A stretch of DNA of 64,000 bases from Eledone cirrhosa. Taxonomy: Eukaryota. The number at the start of each line of letters is the position of its first letter. Positions within the stretch are counted from its first letter, which is position 1. Under the pieces are notes generated by a model. It saw nothing but the letters and a program-made list of their open reading frames with translations. It did no database searches and was not told the origin of the DNA. Of this stretch, positions 59,694-64,000 are shown one piece after another. The DNA is taken from assembly GCA_964016885.1 (NCBI GenBank), contig OZ024758.1:27466001-27530000 (forward strand), in the 5' to 3' direction. The position numbers and the translations under genes were made by a program.

Positions 59694-59828
59694 AATAAAC
59701 CTTTTAAGGAATTACACCAGTCCAGCCTCCTGTTATTTTATAATAATTAACTCCGTACCACCAACACCACAAACGAAGACGGGTGAGTTGCATTACGTCG
59801 AGTGCTCTCCCTAATATTATATATATAT

Positions 59829-60002
59829 AACAAAGGAAATGTGGTAAGGATGGACCATAACGCACCAGAGTACTCAATACTTAGAGTAGTAGAGTGGGAA
59901 ATAGGAAAAAGTATGACGCCGACGGCAGAGCTCAAGCCGTTTCGACGGTCCAGAAATAGCCGTCGAAACGGCTTGAGCTCTGCCGTCGGGGTCATACTTT
60001 TT

Positions 60003-60007
<5 letters not shown>
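59829..60007. mobile_element. pLTR-like fold-back palindrome, sister subfamily of 51.1 kb
   Basis: Arms 59901-59947 and 59960-60007. Reads GAA-ACGGCTTGAGCTCTGCCGT-C-GGGGTC. Same tail as 51007-51087. Confidence 0.75.
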
Positions 60008-60074
<67 letters not shown>

Positions 60075-61251
60075 ACAAAGCATTCTATCCGACGTTCTAC
60101 TGACTTTGCCAATTCGCCAACTCTCATATGTCTGCTCAACCAGGGATAAAAATGTGGTAAACAACAATTATAACCTAATTGTAAACTGAATGTTTTCTGT
60201 CAGGCCTTACAAATATTACCAACCAAATACTAGTGACCAAGTACCAAACATTATATATACACAATTCTTTATCTCCCCAGGAAAATTTTTCTCCAAAATT
60301 AATTTGTCCTCAAAGGATGCTACTACATAGACATTGCAAGTTACCTAGTCACTTGAATAATTACACAAATTATACTCGACACTCCTTTTGTGCAGCAGTT
60401 TTGCTGTAAGTCTTTCAAGTATATAATGCAATTACGAATACTTGTGTGGGTTTTTCAACAAAGAAACCGTTGATAAAATATTTTTAAAAATCGCTTTACC
60501 TTCTAATATAAACACCCAGGCCCACATACAAAACACATAGTTAGTGCTGATATCTAGTCTCATTCGTTTTAAGCACAAGTCAGCGCTTGTTTCTCAATAA
60601 CATTAATACACTATTGACTTCTACGATATCGTAGCATTACCCGTTTCATGATCGATTTGCTACCGCTACATTAGTCCTGGTATAAAACGTTTATAGGTTA
60701 ACATGTAGAATAGAAACTTCATAATTATACGTAATTTCATAATTACTTGAACTACTTCTTTTCAAATATCGTTCGGTTTTGAAAATCGAAAACCAAATTA
60801 ATGATTTTTAACAAGACACAATGCTGGGTTTTACGGTTGAAGAGAACAATAAATTCATTGAATCTTGTGTATATATACTGCATGATACATCGATACCATA
60901 TTGATAGAAACAATATTTACATATGTAAGAATTGATCTCAGAACGAAGAAGGACGAAATAGTGTAAAACCTTTTGCAATTGTCCGCCATTGTTGAAAGCA
61001 ACTCGTTGAAAAGAAAAACAGTGAGAGAAGGAGGCGCTGTGTCGACTGTGTGTGAGTGGGCATGTGTATGTCCGTGTGTGAGTGTACGTATGTGTGTATG
61101 TCCGTGTGTGAGCGTGTCTGTGTGGCCGTGTGTGCGCGTGTATGTGTGTGCGCGCGTGTCCTTGTACGTGCGTGCGTGTGTGAAAGAGAGCGTGTATGTG
61201 TGTATGTGTGTGTGTGTGTGAATGAGAGCGTGTGTGTGTGTGTGTGTGTGT

Positions 61252-61327
<76 letters not shown>

Positions 61328-61756
61328 AACTCCGTATGAGAGCGTGTGTGGACTCGTGTGTATATTCTTGTGTGAGTGTATGTGTAAATGTGTGGTATGG
61401 TAGTTCGATAGATGGAGGCAGAGAGCAACTTCTGAACAGTAAGGGACAGCAGTTAATCTATAACAAAGAACAGGTATAAAATACTGTTGACCTCATACCA
61501 CTATCATCAATAAATGAAGGTAAAATGAATAAAGGGAGATTCTTTTTATGCTCTTCGAACAATTGCCTTCAAAGGAAACTTCCAAACTATTTAACCGCAG
61601 AAAATTACTTTTGCTCAAATGAACGAAGAAAATGTATTTATAAACGCAATGATCCTTTATTATCCGTTTCTGAAGCTTGATTGCATGTGTATGAACACAC
61701 ACGCACACGCACACGCACACGCACGCACGTACGTACGTACGGACGTACGTACGTAC

Positions 61757-61789
<33 letters not shown>

Positions 61790-62237
61790 GCCTGAATACA
61801 TATATCTATAAATATATATGTATATATGTATGCCTGTATGCATATATATATATTAGAAGGTGTGTCTAAAATACAGTAATATTTAAAATATTCACACATT
61901 AACTGATTAAGCATTCAATACTGATAGATAAAGTGTAGATATTTATTCTCTATGTAGAAGGGTGGCAGTGACTTCGAAGGTTCAGCTTTATAGCTTCATA
62001 TAATATATATAATATATATATAAGCAGAAGGGATATTCAATTTGTTGGTAATTCAACAGATATAAATGTTTATAACTGATTCAGAGCACTCTACAGATTT
62101 TCTGGAGTATAATATACAATGATATTAATATAGTTTCTATTTATTTAATATCATTGTATAATATATATATATGTATTATTCCACAATATATATTATATAT
62201 ATTTATTATTCCACAATGCTTCAAGCAAACTTCAATA

Positions 62238-62337
<100 letters not shown>

Positions 62338-62783
62338 TCATTAGTTAAGCAAACCAAGACCACAAATTTCACAAGGAAGGTATTAAAAGATTGTCAACAT
62401 ATTTTCGTCTGATGTAAGGAATGTAGAGAATAATAATAATAATATTAATAATAATAATGTCCGTTTACAATTGTTTCGCTACTCCATATAATATTTCTGG
62501 ATCAAATGATTATAGATCATTATTGATCTGGTTCAGTTGAAAATAGAGCAGCTCATCGGAACTTCAAAAGGAATATAAATTAAAATAAGGAAAGAGTGTT
62601 ACATAAATGTAATGTTCCATATATTGGTATTTCACTATGGTGTCCTGGGTATATCAATTGACTGCCATAGTCGAGCAGTATTCTTCTGTCGAGGCTGCAT
62701 TGTGTGAGATCTGCCTATGGGTAACCATCTTTTAATAATGTCTTCCTTGTGAAATTTGTGGTCTTGTTTTGCTTAACTAATGA
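62338..62783. repeat. Imperfect inverted repeat (about 55-bp arms)
   Basis: TCATTAGTTAAGCAAACCAAGACCACAAATTTCACAAGGAAG pairs with CTTCCTTGTGAAATTTGTGGTCTTGTTTTGCTTAACTAATGA. Confidence 0.8.
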
Positions 62784-62936
62784 ATATGTCCAGCTCTGCA
62801 CGAACCCAGCCACCTAGCTGCCTTCCACTGCATATTGCACATTGAGCACATGCCTTTACGCTTTGGCTTCTAACTAATTCACCAGTCTCTCCTCTCCTAT
62901 CTCCATCTCTCTCTTTAAGATTGGTTACTCTTGAAC

Positions 62937-62975
<39 letters not shown>

Positions 62976-63125
62976 ATGTGTTCTTGTTACTGCTGTTATT
63001 GAAGACATGACTTCTTTAAAGTTTATCACAATATTCTCATTTCTTTTTTAATTTGACCACTTCAATTCATTTGGAGTCTTTAAGTTCATAATTTTGTCAA
63101 CATTTCCAACCACTCATAGTCTCAT

Positions 63126-63160
<35 letters not shown>

Positions 63161-63666
63161 ACATGAATTAACTTCAACTCTTCTTATTAATAACTGCATT
63201 GCTTCTATCCAGGGACTTTGGCGAAAAATAAACCTCATCTCGTCATTCCATGAGAGTATCTTAGTCGCCTTATCAACTTTTTCAGCCCACTCTCGTATTC
63301 CTACTCAGATTCTTCAAGGATTATATTAAAACCCAGACACCTTAGCCATTTTGCAAACAACTTTGTATAATGAGCAAATTAGTGTAGCTATTAACAATAA
63401 ATAACTTCGTTATAACATGCTCGTTGCAGGATGATATTTCATCCTCTTATAATATTTTGTAACTGCCATTTTAGAAATATGATATAACCAGATTAGTTAA
63501 AAATATGTGTAAAATGAAATAATTTCAAATATCTTAATTATAGTGTGTTGGGAATATCTTCTTTAGAAGCCGAATATAATGTGTGTGTTTCTTTAGAAAG
63601 AAATTATACAGTAAGTCACTATGTAGTCATAGCGAGTATTTTGTATATTTATAATACAGATCACTA

Positions 63667-63765
63667 GGTGGCGAATTATCAGACTCGTTAGAACGTCTGA
63701 TAGAATTCTTTGAGGTATTCATTTAGACTCTCAGCTTTGTCAGTTCAAATCCCGGCAAGGTCAGT
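63667..63765 (+). mobile_element. Degenerate SINE head
   Basis: GGTGGCGAATT...CGTTAGAACGTC...AGTTCAAATCCCG. Confidence 0.6.
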
Positions 63766-64000
63766 TTTAAGATTTTACAAATAACCGTGGCATTGTACAA
63801 AATGTTAAACTATACTCAATATCCTCTTTGCATTAAGAAAACTTTGCTATAATTATAACAAATTTTTATCATATTTGTACATTTACTGCTAATTCCTTCG
63901 TCACCTGTATCTAAATCAATAAGAACACACCAATTTTGCCGAAAATTTTAATTTATTATCAAGTTAACTCTTAAATATTCTTTTATCATTATCGTTTTTT

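Noticed and set aside
63190-63300. Mariner-like terminal sequence on the minus strand (TACGAGAGTGGGCTGAAAAAGTT)
   Set aside because: A single degenerate end with no partner TIR or transposase in the window.

Overview
AT-rich, repeat-saturated animal DNA. It is most likely an octopus (coleoid cephalopod); this is inferred from the tRNA-derived SINE families and the very large (TA)n/(CA)n tracts. I see no convincing host protein-coding gene, and nearly all ORFs in the track are microsatellite artefacts. The window holds a 615-bp tandem array (1-3518), several minisatellites, a frameshifted RT plus restriction-like-endonuclease LINE of the R4/Dong type (minus strand, about 47.1-50.8 kb), and 3' fragments of CR1-, Tx1- and Vingi-like LINEs. 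It also has five copies of a short RTE-derived element, about 20 SINEs and a MITE. The most striking signal is non-coding. Short unique islands, most of them in or next to (TA)n tracts, carry at least 11 complete minimal type I hammerhead ribozyme motifs (stem I-YTGANGA-stem II-GAA-short, mostly palindromic stem III-H-stem I', often followed by AATAAA) from about 9 unrelated sequence families. There are also several fold-back palindromes centred on hammerhead stem II and a shared GAGT(G/A/T)CT motif in the 3' tails. This looks like a diverse population of microsatellite-associated Penelope-like pLTR or retrozyme-like elements with no autonomous partner in the window. All folds were parsed by eye and coordinates are approximate to a few nt.
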